Positions 30,140-39,760 of a DNA stretch of 64,000 bases are shown piece by piece. Every line of letters begins with the position of its first letter. Position 1 is the first letter of the stretch. The notes under the pieces were generated by a model that had not been told where the DNA came from, did not search any database, and worked only from the letters and a program-made list of their open reading frames with translations. A program made the position numbers and the translations under genes. This DNA is from Alphaproteobacteria bacterium (GTDB taxonomy: Bacteria > Pseudomonadota > Alphaproteobacteria > UBA828). The DNA lies in assembly GCA_050173345.1 (NCBI GenBank), contig JBFXKW010000003.1, forward strand, positions 60,323 through 124,322. Reading direction: 5' to 3'.

Positions 30140-31234
30140 TCAGCCGCCGATGCGGCGCCCGGTCACCAGGTCGAAGAAGACCAGCCGGTCGGAGACGATG
30201 CTGAGCGAGACCGGCTGACTCTCCTCGAACTCGCGCTCGCCGGCGATGGTGGCCGTCAGGGTTGCGCCCTGGATATCGACGCCGAGCGCGGTGTGCATGC
30301 CGAGCGGCTCGACGTCGCTGACCCGCCCGAGCATGGCGCCCGTATTGGCCTGACGCTGGACCAGCACGTTCTCGGGCCGGATACCGACCTCGACCTGGGT
30401 CACGGCGGAAGGCAGCCGCTTCTCGGCCTCGGGCGAGATCGGAATGGTCAGCCCGCCGATCCGCACCATGGCTTGGCCGTTGGAACGCCCGATCTCGCCG
30501 CGCACCAGGTTGATCGGCGGGTTGCCGACGAAGCGCGCCACGTCGCGGTCGGCCGGCGCGTCGTAAAGCGTCTGCGCGGGCGCCATCTGGCGCGCCTTGC
30601 CGTCGAGCAGCACGCAGACCATGTCGCCGAGCGCCAGCGCCTCGGTGTAGTCGGGCGTCGCGTAGAGGAAGGTCTTGCCGACCTCCTTCTGAAGCCGCTT
30701 CAGCTCGGTGCGCAGCTCGATGCGGAGCATGAAGTCGAGGCTCGACAGCGGCTCGTCGAGCAGGAACATGCGCGGGTCGCGCACCATGGCGCGGCCGAGC
30801 GCGACGCGCTGGCGCTCGCCGCCGCTGAAGGTCGCCGGCAGGCGGTGCAGGATGTGCGAGATCCGCAAGGTATCCGCGATCGCCTTGACCCGCCGCTCGA
30901 TGTCAGCCTTCGGCGCCTTCGCGAGCATCAGCGGGAACGCGATGTTCTGAAAGCCGGTGCGGTTCGGATAGAGCGCGAGATTGTCGAAGATCATGGCGAG
31001 GTCGCGCTGGTTGGGCTGCCAGCGGGTCACGTCCTGGCCTTCGAGCCAGATCGTACCCTTGTCGGGCGCCTCGAGGCCGGCGGCAAGCCGTAGCGTCGTC
31101 GTCTTGCCGGCACCCGCGGGGCCGAGCAGCACGAGCAGGCTGCCGGGCCCGAGCTCAAGCGTCAGCTCGTCGACGGCCGAGGTCGAGCCGAAGTTCTTGG
31201 TGACCGAGCGGAGTTCGAGGAGATTGTCGGTCAC
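30140..31234 (-). CDS. ABC transporter ATP-binding protein (MalK/UgpC type)
   Basis: It has Walker A (GPAGAGKTT), the signature LSGGERQRVALGRA, Walker B (FLLDEPLS) and a C-terminal TOBE-like domain. Confidence 0.9.
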   Translation of the reverse strand: MTDNLLELRSVTKNFGSTSAVDELTLELGPGSLLVLLGPAGAGKTTTLRLAAGLEAPDKGTIWLEGQDVTRWQPNQRDLAMIFDNLALYPNRTGFQNIAFPLMLAKAPKADIERRVKAIADTLRISHILHRLPATFSGGERQRVALGRAMVRDPRMFLLDEPLSSLDFMLRIELRTELKRLQKEVGKTFLYATPDYTEALALGDMVCVLLDGKARQMAPAQTLYDAPADRDVARFVGNPPINLVRGEIGRSNGQAMVRIGGLTIPISPEAEKRLPSAVTQVEVGIRPENVLVQRQANTGAMLGRVSDVEPLGMHTALGVDIQGATLTATIAGEREFEESQPVSLSIVSDRLVFFDLVTGRRIGG

Positions 31235-32334
31235 GACGCGGCTCCATTCATGAGGCGGACGCCGCTTTCGGCGTCGAACAAGGCAAGCAGGTTGGCGTGC
31301 GGCAGCAGCGTGATCCGCCCGCTGCCGGCCGGCACGGCCGAGGTCGGCACGACGAACTTGATCAGCGTGGAGCCGAACCTGGCGGTGACCACGGCCTCGG
31401 GCCCCTGCGGCTCGACCGCGAAGATCTCGGCCTGGAAGGAATCCGGCGTCCCCGGCTCGACGACGTCGACCGTCTCGGCGCGGATGCCGACGTTGACCGC
31501 CGCACCGTCCACCACGCCGGCAACTTTCACCGAAGCCGGCAGCGGGATGCGGGCGCCTTCCTGCTCGACATAGCGCCGCCCGCCCTCGGTTCCGAGGCTG
31601 CCCTTGACGAAGTTCATCGGCGGGTTGCCGAGGAAGCTGCCGACGAAGGTGGAGCGCGGATAGTGATAGACGTTGTAGGCGGTGTCGTACTGCTGGAGCA
31701 CGCCCTGGTTCATCACCGCGATCCGGTGGGCGAGAGACAGCGCCTCGATCTGGTCGTGCGTGACGTAGATGATGGTCTGCCTGGTTTCGAGCTGGATGCG
31801 GTGCAGCTCGCGCCGCATCTGGTGGCGCATCTCCGCCTCGAGGTTCGACAGCGGCTCGTCGAGCAGCAGGATCTGCGGGTTGGTGACGAGCGTGCGGCCG
31901 ATCGCGACGCGCTGCATCTCGCTCGCCGACAGCTCGCCGGGCTTGCGTTCGAGCTTGTCGCCGAGGCCGACGAACTCGGCCATCTTGTCGACCTGCTGGC
32001 GCAGCTCGGGATGGCGGACGCCGCGCACGCGCAAGCCGTATTCGAGGTTGCTGCGCACGGTCATGTGGGTGAACACGGCATAATCCTGGAACACCAGGCC
32101 GACATTGCGCTTGCCGACCGGCACCCTGCCGACGGGCTGGCCGTCGATCAGGATCTCGCCGCTGGTCGGCGTCTCCAGGCCGACGATCATGTTGAGCGTC
32201 GTCGACTTGCCGCAGCCCGACGGGCCGAGGAGGGCCATGGTCTCGCCCTCCTCCACCTGCAGCGACATGTCGTCAACGGCGACGAGCTGGCCGTATTCCT
32301 TGCGGAGGTTCTTCAGTTCGAGCTTGATCGCCAT
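31231..32334 (-). CDS. ABC transporter ATP-binding protein (MalK/UgpC type), second copy
   Basis: It has Walker A (GPSGCGKST), LSASEMQRVAIGRT and LLLDEPLS. It overlaps the downstream ATPase by 4 nt. Confidence 0.9.
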   Translation of the reverse strand: MAIKLELKNLRKEYGQLVAVDDMSLQVEEGETMALLGPSGCGKSTTLNMIVGLETPTSGEILIDGQPVGRVPVGKRNVGLVFQDYAVFTHMTVRSNLEYGLRVRGVRHPELRQQVDKMAEFVGLGDKLERKPGELSASEMQRVAIGRTLVTNPQILLLDEPLSNLEAEMRHQMRRELHRIQLETRQTIIYVTHDQIEALSLAHRIAVMNQGVLQQYDTAYNVYHYPRSTFVGSFLGNPPMNFVKGSLGTEGGRRYVEQEGARIPLPASVKVAGVVDGAAVNVGIRAETVDVVEPGTPDSFQAEIFAVEPQGPEAVVTARFGSTLIKFVVPTSAVPAGSGRITLLPHANLLALFDAESGVRLMNGAAS

Positions 32335-32343
32335 GGCCGGTGC

Positions 32344-33276
32344 CTAACGCTTGATCGCGCCGAGCGTCAGCCCGCGCACGAGATGCTTCTGGATGAAGAA
32401 GCCGATCACCACCAGCGGCACGATCGATACCGTCGCGAGCGCCGCCTGCACGCCGTAGAGCGCGCCCTCGGTCGCCGAGAAGTACTTGCTGAGCTGCACC
32501 GGGATGGTGGTCACCTTCGTATAGGTCAGCACCAGGGCGAACAGGAACTCGCTCCAGTTCAGGATCAGGATGAACAGCGTGGTCGCGATGATGCCGCCCT
32601 TGATCAGCGGTATGGTGATGCGCAGGTGCGCGCCCCATCGCGACATGCCGTCCATCATCGCGGCTTCCTCGATCTCCTTGGGCAGGTCGTCGATGAAGCT
32701 CTTCAGCATCCAGGTCGAGAACGGCACGGTGACCGCCGCATAGGCCAATATCAGGCCCCAGTAGGTGTCGGTGGCGCCGACATTGCTGAACATCACGACG
32801 AACGGTATCGCGATCGCTATGGGCGGGAACATTCGTCCCGATAATATGAAGAAGGGCGTCACGTTGCCGCCGAATCGGTATCGCGAGATCGATATCGCGG
32901 ACATCAGGCCGACGATGATCGAAAGCGCCGTCGCCGCGGTCGAGATGATAATCGAGCCCCAGATCGACTGCCAGGCGGACTTGGTGAGGATGTCGCCGAC
33001 CGCGCCGCCGATGCCGGTGCTCTCGGTGCGCTCGCCCTCGCCTCCCTCGTCGTACTGCCTGAGGCCGCCACGCTTCTCGAGGAGGACCGAAGGCCACAGC
33101 ACGGTCAGGTAGTTCTCGACCGTGGCCTGCCCGGAAACCCAGACCGGCGGCTTCTTGACCCATTCGCTCTGCGGCTTGAAGGAAGTCGAGACCATCCAGA
33201 AGACCGGGAACAGCGCGAAGATCAGCGCCAGGGTCAGGCCGATGCCGTTGTACCAGGTGAATCTGCGTTCCGGCAT
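32344..33276 (-). CDS. ABC transporter permease (MalG type) with an enlarged first periplasmic loop
   Basis: It has the EAA loop (LPKEIEEAAMMDGMSRWGAHLRITIPL). The ATG at 33276 overlaps the upstream stop (ATGA). Confidence 0.88.
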   Translation of the reverse strand: MPERRFTWYNGIGLTLALIFALFPVFWMVSTSFKPQSEWVKKPPVWVSGQATVENYLTVLWPSVLLEKRGGLRQYDEGGEGERTESTGIGGAVGDILTKSAWQSIWGSIIISTAATALSIIVGLMSAISISRYRFGGNVTPFFILSGRMFPPIAIAIPFVVMFSNVGATDTYWGLILAYAAVTVPFSTWMLKSFIDDLPKEIEEAAMMDGMSRWGAHLRITIPLIKGGIIATTLFILILNWSEFLFALVLTYTKVTTIPVQLSKYFSATEGALYGVQAALATVSIVPLVVIGFFIQKHLVRGLTLGAIKR

Positions 33277-34337
33277 CAGCGCTTCTCCAGGAGCTGATAG
33301 CGGATCGGGCGCAGCATCACGTTGATCAGCACGACGGTGATCACGAGCACGATGAAGCCGGCCGCGCCCGCGTATGCAAGGCGGAAATCTTCGAAGGCGA
33401 GCTTGTAGAGGTAGAGGCTGAGGGTTTCGGTCGCGGTGCCGGGGCCGCCGCGGGTGAGCAGGTAGATTTCGTCGAACAGCTTGATCACCTCCATGCCGCG
33501 GATCACGAAGGCGATGATGATGATGCCCTTCATGCTCGGCATCACCACCGTCCAGAAGATCCGCCAGTCGCTTGCGCCAAGCACCATGGCGGCACGCAGC
33601 GGATTCTGCGGCACGGCGTTGAGGCCGGAGAGCAGGATCAGGAAGAACAGCGGCGTCCAGTGCCAGACCTCGGTGATGACCACCGCGAAGAAGGCCGGCA
33701 GGCTGGTGTTGAGCCATTGCAGCTCGACCGGGCCGCCGGCGATCCAGCCGAGCACCTGGTTGATCGGGCCGGTGACCTGGAACAGCATGTACCAGGTGTA
33801 GCCGACCACGACCGGCATGATCATCATCGGCGTCAGCAGCGCGGTGAAGAACACGCGCTTCGCCGGGAACGCCTTGAGGAACAGCGTCGCGAGCCCGAGG
33901 CCGAGCAGGAACTCGAGCACGAGGGAGGTCACCGAGATCAGCGCGGTGCGGCCGAGCGCTTCCAGGAAGCGCGGCTCGTCCGTGATCAGGAAGTTGTAGT
34001 TGATGCCCTGGGCGAGGTCCTCGGTGAAAACGGTCCCCACCGCTTCCCAAAGGCCCAGGCCGGAAACTGGCGTCCACTCGGAAAAGCTGAGGATCAGCTC
34101 AAGGACGAAAGGAAATACCAGCAGCGCCATCAGAAGAATCTGAATTGGCGTGATCAGCAGGCCGCCTATGTATTTCTTGTCGTTCGGGTCAAACCGGCGC
34201 GTCGTCACCCGGGTAGCACCGGCTGCCAGCGCGCGGTTTTCAGCTTGATTGATTGCCACGGTCTGTCGATCCGAGATTATGTCTTGAGGCCGCTGGTGGC
34301 GCGCGCCGCCCCAAGCAACGGGACGGCGACGCGCCAC
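33276..34337 (-). CDS. ABC transporter permease (MalF type)
   Basis: It has six TM segments and an EAA-like loop (LRAAMVLGASDWRIFWTVVMP). The start is uncertain: GTG at 34337 or GTG at 34259. Confidence 0.85.
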   Translation of the reverse strand: MARRRPVAWGGARHQRPQDIISDRQTVAINQAENRALAAGATRVTTRRFDPNDKKYIGGLLITPIQILLMALLVFPFVLELILSFSEWTPVSGLGLWEAVGTVFTEDLAQGINYNFLITDEPRFLEALGRTALISVTSLVLEFLLGLGLATLFLKAFPAKRVFFTALLTPMMIMPVVVGYTWYMLFQVTGPINQVLGWIAGGPVELQWLNTSLPAFFAVVITEVWHWTPLFFLILLSGLNAVPQNPLRAAMVLGASDWRIFWTVVMPSMKGIIIIAFVIRGMEVIKLFDEIYLLTRGGPGTATETLSLYLYKLAFEDFRLAYAGAAGFIVLVITVVLINVMLRPIRYQLLEKR

Positions 34338-34400
34338 CTCACGGAACAGTGCCTATTCGCAGCCTTCTAAATCAGGCAGCCAAAGCCCGAAGGGCCCGGC

Positions 34401-36014
34401 CTACGCCCCCCAGTTGGCCACGCCGGCCGCCTTCTGCAGCGGCTCGGGATACATCTTCGCCAGCGCGATCCAGGACTCTTTCTGCTTGTCCAGGCCCCGG
34501 CGCCGGGTGATGCGGTCCATTTCCTTGGCCGCGTCCTTCATCGCCTCTTCCGGCGTCTTCTGCTTGTTGTAGGCCGCCTGGAGGTTCTTATCGATCGCGT
34601 CGTGATACTCGGCGGCGCCCGGCATGATAATCTCGGGCACGGCCTGCGTCATTTCGTCGAACTGCACGGCGAGATAGTCGCCCGGGTAGCCGGCATAGAA
34701 CTCCGGCGACGGCGCGAGGAAGTGATTACGCCGCCACGGATCGAAGTAGCCGCCCTCGTTCGGGATCGAGCGCATCGACATGGTCGGCCCGGTGAGCCAC
34801 TGCGCGTAGAGGTACGCCGCCTCCGGGATCTCGGAGTGCTTGTTGACCACGAAGTCCCACGCGATCGGCATGATCACCGCGCTGATCAACTCGCCGTTGA
34901 CCTCCGTGCCCGGGGGAGCCGACGGCGCGCTCTGGATCGGCCAGCCGTTCTCGTCGCGACCGGCGACAATCGACTTGGCGCCTTGCGCGTCCATGCTGTA
35001 GCGCCAGAGCGACGGCCAGCCGAACTGGCAGAAGCCGCGGCCCGCGGAGTAGTACTGGGCGTAGTTCTCGGTGAAGCCGTATGTGAAGTTCTCGGTCGGG
35101 TTGACCTCCTGAAGCGCGACCAGCTCCTCGACGGTCTTGATGCTCTCCGGCGAGGCGGCCATCGAGTTCATGTCGCCGTCGAAGTAGAGCACGCCCTTCG
35201 ACTGGAAGCGCATTTGCCAATGGAACTTGTTCCAGAACGGCGAGCGGTATTCCATCGCGCCGTAGAAGTCGTTCGCCTTGTCGTGCATGTCATGGCAGAG
35301 CTGGTCGTATTCGTCCCAGGTCCGCACCAGAAGCTTGTTGGAGACCGGCGCCTTGCCCTTCTCCTTCAGCTTGTCGATGCGGTAGCTCAGGTGCCAGACG
35401 TCGCCGTCGCAATAGAGACCGTAGTAGCGGCCCTTGTACTTCTGGCCGAACTCGCGGACCGGGAACTCGAGCTGGTTCGGCCCGTGGCTGTCCTCCGGGT
35501 CGTACTTCTCGACGTATTCCGTGATGTCGAGCGCCGCGCCGGCTTCGGCGAGCTCGGGCAGGCTGAGCGGCGCCGGGATCATCAGATCGTAGCGGCCGGT
35601 CTTGGCGACCGCTTCCTGCATGGCCTTCTGATGGGTCTGCGTCACCGGCACCTCGAGCAGCTCGACGTCGAAGCCGGTGAGCTCCTTCCACTCGGCGGTG
35701 AACGGCGCCATGTTGCCGCCCGAGCCCGAGGGATGCATGATCGAGATCGTCTTCTTCGGCGAATTCGCGTACAGCTCCTTCGCCGCTGCGATGGCCCGCG
35801 ATTCGGGCGTATCGCCCTCCTGCGCCCAGGCCCGGCGAACGCCGAGCGGTGCGCCCTGCATGAGATACTTTGCCGCACCGGCGCTCAGGCCGAGAGCAGC
35901 CATCCCCTTCATCAGGTCGCGGCGCGACACCTTGTAGTTCTTCTTGTCCAGGTGCATCGACCACAGCCGATGCAGCTCTTTGTAGATACGGCGCTTCTTG
36001 TCCTCGTAAGACAT
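34401..36014 (-). CDS. ABC transporter substrate-binding protein (large, Tat signal)
   Basis: It has the twin-arginine motif SRRDLMKGMAALGLSAGAA. The ATG at 36014 is preceded by AGGGGG, with an alternative ATG at 35957. It is the first gene of a 5-gene transporter operon. Confidence 0.8.
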   Translation of the reverse strand: MSYEDKKRRIYKELHRLWSMHLDKKNYKVSRRDLMKGMAALGLSAGAAKYLMQGAPLGVRRAWAQEGDTPESRAIAAAKELYANSPKKTISIMHPSGSGGNMAPFTAEWKELTGFDVELLEVPVTQTHQKAMQEAVAKTGRYDLMIPAPLSLPELAEAGAALDITEYVEKYDPEDSHGPNQLEFPVREFGQKYKGRYYGLYCDGDVWHLSYRIDKLKEKGKAPVSNKLLVRTWDEYDQLCHDMHDKANDFYGAMEYRSPFWNKFHWQMRFQSKGVLYFDGDMNSMAASPESIKTVEELVALQEVNPTENFTYGFTENYAQYYSAGRGFCQFGWPSLWRYSMDAQGAKSIVAGRDENGWPIQSAPSAPPGTEVNGELISAVIMPIAWDFVVNKHSEIPEAAYLYAQWLTGPTMSMRSIPNEGGYFDPWRRNHFLAPSPEFYAGYPGDYLAVQFDEMTQAVPEIIMPGAAEYHDAIDKNLQAAYNKQKTPEEAMKDAAKEMDRITRRRGLDKQKESWIALAKMYPEPLQKAAGVANWGA

Positions 36015-36290
36015 GGATAACCCCCTGCTTTTCCTCGTGACGGTCAATCCCAGACGCGCCACGAAACTTACACAACAGTTCCTCCACCGCAAGTCCCAGG
36101 CCGCTCCCAGGCCGGCCAGGCTAACGGTGCTCACTCCGAATGGCGGCGAAGCTACTCACGAAACCCCCTCAATGCAAATAGGAATCCACGGGCGGCGCCC
36201 GGGCCTGCTAGGTTCGCGCCGAGACGGCAGGAATGGCCGAACGCCCGCGGTTGTTCGCAGGCGTGGCGATCATATGGCCGGGGAACCTCG

Positions 36291-36863
36291 ATGCGCTGGA
36301 TCAGGGAGTATCGGATGCCCTCGCCGTCGCTGTGCGACGAGCTGATCAAGGGCTTCAAGAAGACGCGCCGACTCGGCCTGACCCATCCAGGCTTGAGCGC
36401 CAAGGGCGTCGATCCGTCCTGGAAGGATTCGGAGGACGCCAGCCTCACCTGTCTGCCATACGACATATATGCGAGCGCGGTGCGTGCCTACCGGGAGCAC
36501 GTCATGCTGTCGCTGCAGGCCTATCTGAAGGAGTTCCCGGTGCTGACCGAGGCGAGCAGCCGGCTCGGCTTCCTGGAGCCGCCGCAGATTCAGTACTACA
36601 AACCCGGCGGCGGCTTCCACGGCGCCCATTTCGAGACCAGCGGCATGGACATCGCGCATCGCGTGCTCGCCTTCCAGACCTTCCTCAACGACATCGAGGA
36701 AGGCGGCGGCACCTATTTCCTGTACCAGGACCACACGGTCAAACCGCAGAGGGGCAAGACCGTGATCTGGCCGGGCGGCTTCACCCACACCCATCGCGGT
36801 GTGGTCGCGCCACGGGAGGAGAAATACATCATCACCGGCTGGATCAGCTTCATCGGCGGGTGA
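36291..36863 (+). CDS. Prolyl 4-hydroxylase-like 2OG-Fe(II) oxygenase
   Basis: It shows the P4H-type pattern IQYYKPGGGFHGAHFE (HxE) .. AFQTFLNDIEEGGGTYF .. THTHRG .. KYIITGW. Confidence 0.7.
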   Translation: MRWIREYRMPSPSLCDELIKGFKKTRRLGLTHPGLSAKGVDPSWKDSEDASLTCLPYDIYASAVRAYREHVMLSLQAYLKEFPVLTEASSRLGFLEPPQIQYYKPGGGFHGAHFETSGMDIAHRVLAFQTFLNDIEEGGGTYFLYQDHTVKPQRGKTVIWPGGFTHTHRGVVAPREEKYIITGWISFIGG

Positions 36864-36897
36864 TCGATGGCGGGTTTCGGGTGGCTGCTCTGCCTGG

Positions 36898-36910
36898 AAT
36901 ATGAAAGCAA
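36898..36910 (+). promoter_or_regulatory. Candidate Ada box (AAT-N6-GCAA)
   Basis: The sequence aatatgaaagcaa lies ~90 bp upstream of the ada ATG and matches the E. coli Ada operator consensus AAT(N6)GCAA. The motif is short, so a chance match is possible. Confidence 0.3.
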
Positions 36911-37000
36911 GGGACGGAGTGCGCGGATCGATTGGCGCTCATAGGGTGTCGAGCCAAGCGAGCGAGACCTCGCCATTCGAAACCTGAGGAGCGTAGCACC

Positions 37001-38086
37001 ATGATGTCTTTGACGAGCGAGCATGCAGCCGCTTCGCCGGCCTTCGCGGACGACGACGCCCGCTGGGCCGCGATCGTACGCCGCGACCCGGCCGCCGATG
37101 GCTGGTTCTACACCGCGGTGAAGACCACCGGAATCTATTGCCGGCCGTCCTGCACGGCGCGCCTGCCGCGCCGCGAGAACGTCAGCTTCCATCAGACCTG
37201 CGCCGAAGCGGAGGCCGCTGGTTTCCGCCCGTGCAAGCGCTGCCGGCCCAACGAGGCGCCGCCCGCCGAGCGCCGCGCGGCTGTCATCGCCAAGGCGTGC
37301 CGGCTGATCGAGGCGGCCGAGGAGACACCCGACCTCGACGCCGTGGCGTCCGCGGTCGGCATGAGCCGGTTCCATTTCCAGCGCGTCTTCAAGGCGGTCA
37401 CCGGGCTGACGCCCCGCGCCTATGCCGCGGGCCATCGCGCGAACCGGCTGCGCGACGGCCTCACGCAGGCGCGCACGGTGACCGATGCGATCTACGACGC
37501 CGGCTTCAACTCGAGCGGACGCTTCTACGCCGGCTCGGCCGCGATGCTCGGCATGACGCCGACCAGTTACCGCACCGGCGGCCGCGGCGCCGAAATCCGC
37601 TTCGCGGTCGGCCAATGCTCGCTCGGCGCGATCCTGGTCGCGGCGAGCCCGGCCGGCATCTGCGCCATCATGCTGGGCGACGACCCGGACGGCCTGGCGC
37701 GCGAGCTTCAGCGGCGCTTCCCGAAGGCCGCGCTGGTCGGCGGCGACGCCGCGTTCGAACGCTGGGTCGCCCAGGTGATCGGCCTGGTCGAGGCGCCGCG
37801 GCTCGGCCTCGACCTGCCGCTCGACGTGCGCGGCACGGCGTTCCAGCGTCGCGTCTGGCAGGCGCTCCGCGCCATCCCGCCCGGCGAGACGGCGAGCTAT
37901 GCCGAGATTGCCGCCAAGATCGGCGCACCCAAGGCGGTACGCGCGGTCGCCCAGGCCTGCGCCGCCAACCCGCTCGCGGTCGCGATCCCCTGCCACCGTG
38001 TCGTCAGGACCGACAGCGCGTTGTCCGGCTATCGCTGGGGCGTCGAGCGCAAGCGCGCCTTGCTCGAGCGCGAGGCCGCGGCGTGA
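37001..38086 (+). CDS. ada: Bifunctional transcriptional activator / methylphosphotriester- and O6-methylguanine-DNA methyltransferase Ada
   Basis: It has Ada Zn-binding cysteines (YCRPSC .. CKRC), an AraC HTH and a C-terminal MGMT active site (IPCHRVV). Confidence 0.9.
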   Translation: MMSLTSEHAAASPAFADDDARWAAIVRRDPAADGWFYTAVKTTGIYCRPSCTARLPRRENVSFHQTCAEAEAAGFRPCKRCRPNEAPPAERRAAVIAKACRLIEAAEETPDLDAVASAVGMSRFHFQRVFKAVTGLTPRAYAAGHRANRLRDGLTQARTVTDAIYDAGFNSSGRFYAGSAAMLGMTPTSYRTGGRGAEIRFAVGQCSLGAILVAASPAGICAIMLGDDPDGLARELQRRFPKAALVGGDAAFERWVAQVIGLVEAPRLGLDLPLDVRGTAFQRRVWQALRAIPPGETASYAEIAAKIGAPKAVRAVAQACAANPLAVAIPCHRVVRTDSALSGYRWGVERKRALLEREAAA

Positions 38087-38817
38087 CGGCGTCCGCGCGA
38101 TCGAAGCCGCCGGCCGACGCGGCGCCACTCGCCGCGCTCGACTGGCGGGGCATCGAAGGCCAGCTCGACGAGCATGGCTGCGCGCTGGCCGGCGGCGTGC
38201 TGTCCGCCGACGCCTGCGCCTCGCTCGCGGCGATCTACCGCTCGGACGGGCCGTTCCGCCGCCATGTGGTGATGGAGCGCCACGGCTATGGCCGCGGCGA
38301 GTACCGCTACTTCGCCTACCCCCTGCCCGGCCTGGTGGCCGCGCTGCGCGAGGCGTTCTATCCGCCGCTTGCCGAGATCGCCAACCGCTGGAGCGCCGCG
38401 CTCCGCATCGAGACGCGCTACCCGGCTGACCATGTGGCCTATCTCGCGCGCTGCCACGCCGCCGGGCAGACCAAGCCGACGCCGCTGCTCCTGCAATACG
38501 CCGAGGGCGACTACAACTGCCTGCACCAGGACCTCTATGGCGAGCACGTCTTCCCGCTGCAGGTCGCGATCCTGCTCTCGGAGCCGGGCCGCGACTTCGA
38601 GGGCGGCGAGTTCGTGCTGACCGAGCAGCGCCCGCGCATGCAGTCGCGCGTCGAGGTGGTGCCGCTCGGCCAGGGCGACGCCGTGATCTTCCCGGTGCGC
38701 GAGCGGCCGGTGCCGGGCGCGCGCGGCATACGGCGGGTAAACTTGCGCCACGGCGTGAGCCGCCTGCGCGCCGGCCACCGCATGACCCTCGGCCTCATCT
38801 TCCACGACGCCAAGTGA
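38083..38817 (+). CDS. 2OG-Fe(II) oxygenase (non-AlkB, P4H-like) translationally coupled to ada
   Basis: The GTG start overlaps the ada stop (GTGA). It has an HxD triad (CLHQD), a distal His (LRHGVS) and the pattern FEGGEFVL. Confidence 0.75.
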   Translation: MTASARSKPPADAAPLAALDWRGIEGQLDEHGCALAGGVLSADACASLAAIYRSDGPFRRHVVMERHGYGRGEYRYFAYPLPGLVAALREAFYPPLAEIANRWSAALRIETRYPADHVAYLARCHAAGQTKPTPLLLQYAEGDYNCLHQDLYGEHVFPLQVAILLSEPGRDFEGGEFVLTEQRPRMQSRVEVVPLGQGDAVIFPVRERPVPGARGIRRVNLRHGVSRLRAGHRMTLGLIFHDAK

Positions 38818-38902
38818 GCGCCGCGGCTCCCACGGACGCGGCGAACAGCTCGGCCTGGAGGGCCGCGCCGTTCCCTAACATGGTCATGCCCGGCGGCTTC
38901 AT

Positions 38903-39751
38903 TTAATCTATAATGAAAGAATCTGCCGCTACCTCGACACAATACCTACAACTATCATCGCCAGTACCAAACAGTGTGATTCGATGCCCTGAGGTTATAT
39001 TGCTACGATTGAGTCCTTTTGAACGGAAAAAATGCAAAAACTCTTTTCTTTTATTTTCTGAAATTTTCATAGGAAACCGATTTGTGTAAAAATATACCAG
39101 CCAAATATGCGTTCCATCAGAGCGGGGGCCTGCCGAGAGAAAGCGTGTTCCTAAAGAATCCCTCCCAGGCCAATTTCTAACTTGGCCGTCATTGTCAATG
39201 TGCTTTATGTTCTTTCCACCAGCGAGAAGTATCACTTCAGTCGCTTGGTGTTGTGGCGCAGGGGTGAGCCATGTCGATTTACTTACGTCACGGGGACGAA
39301 GCTCGAAATGCCTCAGATCGTCACTCGGGAAGCGTATCCGAAACTGAATAAAAAGATCGTGGTGGCCCGTTGGAGCGTCCCCCTCCCACTTTTCTTCATG
39401 CCTTTCTATGCCAAAATTTAAACCCTCGGCGCCATAATTTTTCCAATACTCTTGAGTGATTCCGTAGTGTCGTTTGCCACTTCCGTGTATACTTATCTTT
39501 CTTATTCTCTGAAATCCCGATGAATAAATATATACATCTGGCTGATTCCTGCTGGCCCAGATTTTCCAAACATCACTGTGTTGCCCACTTGGATCACCCA
39601 CACCAAATCTGCACTCAAACGAACGATTTTTCATCTTCTTCCCACTTATATCATACACTAACAATTCAGAATTCGCTATCAGTAGCGTGCTGTTTTTCCC
39701 AGAGTCAAATCCGGACTTCCCGATAGCCGTTACAGCAGAGTGAAAAGCCAC
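38903..39751 (-). CDS. Orphan hypothetical protein encoded on a low-GC insert
   Basis: It is the only long ORF in a ~0.85 kb AT-rich block. The GTG at 39751 is bounded by an in-frame TAG. The first ATG at 39634 is preceded by GGGAAGAAG. Codons are rich in ATA/AGA/TTA/AAA. I recognise no motif. Confidence 0.6.
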   Translation of the reverse strand: MAFHSAVTAIGKSGFDSGKNSTLLIANSELLVYDISGKKMKNRSFECRFGVGDPSGQHSDVWKIWASRNQPDVYIYSSGFQRIRKISIHGSGKRHYGITQEYWKNYGAEGLNFGIERHEEKWEGDAPTGHHDLFIQFRIRFPSDDLRHFELRPRDVSKSTWLTPAPQHQATEVILLAGGKNIKHIDNDGQVRNWPGRDSLGTRFLSAGPRSDGTHIWLVYFYTNRFPMKISENKRKEFLHFFRSKGLNRSNITSGHRITLFGTGDDSCRYCVEVAADSFIID

Positions 39752-39760
39752 GCACTACGT

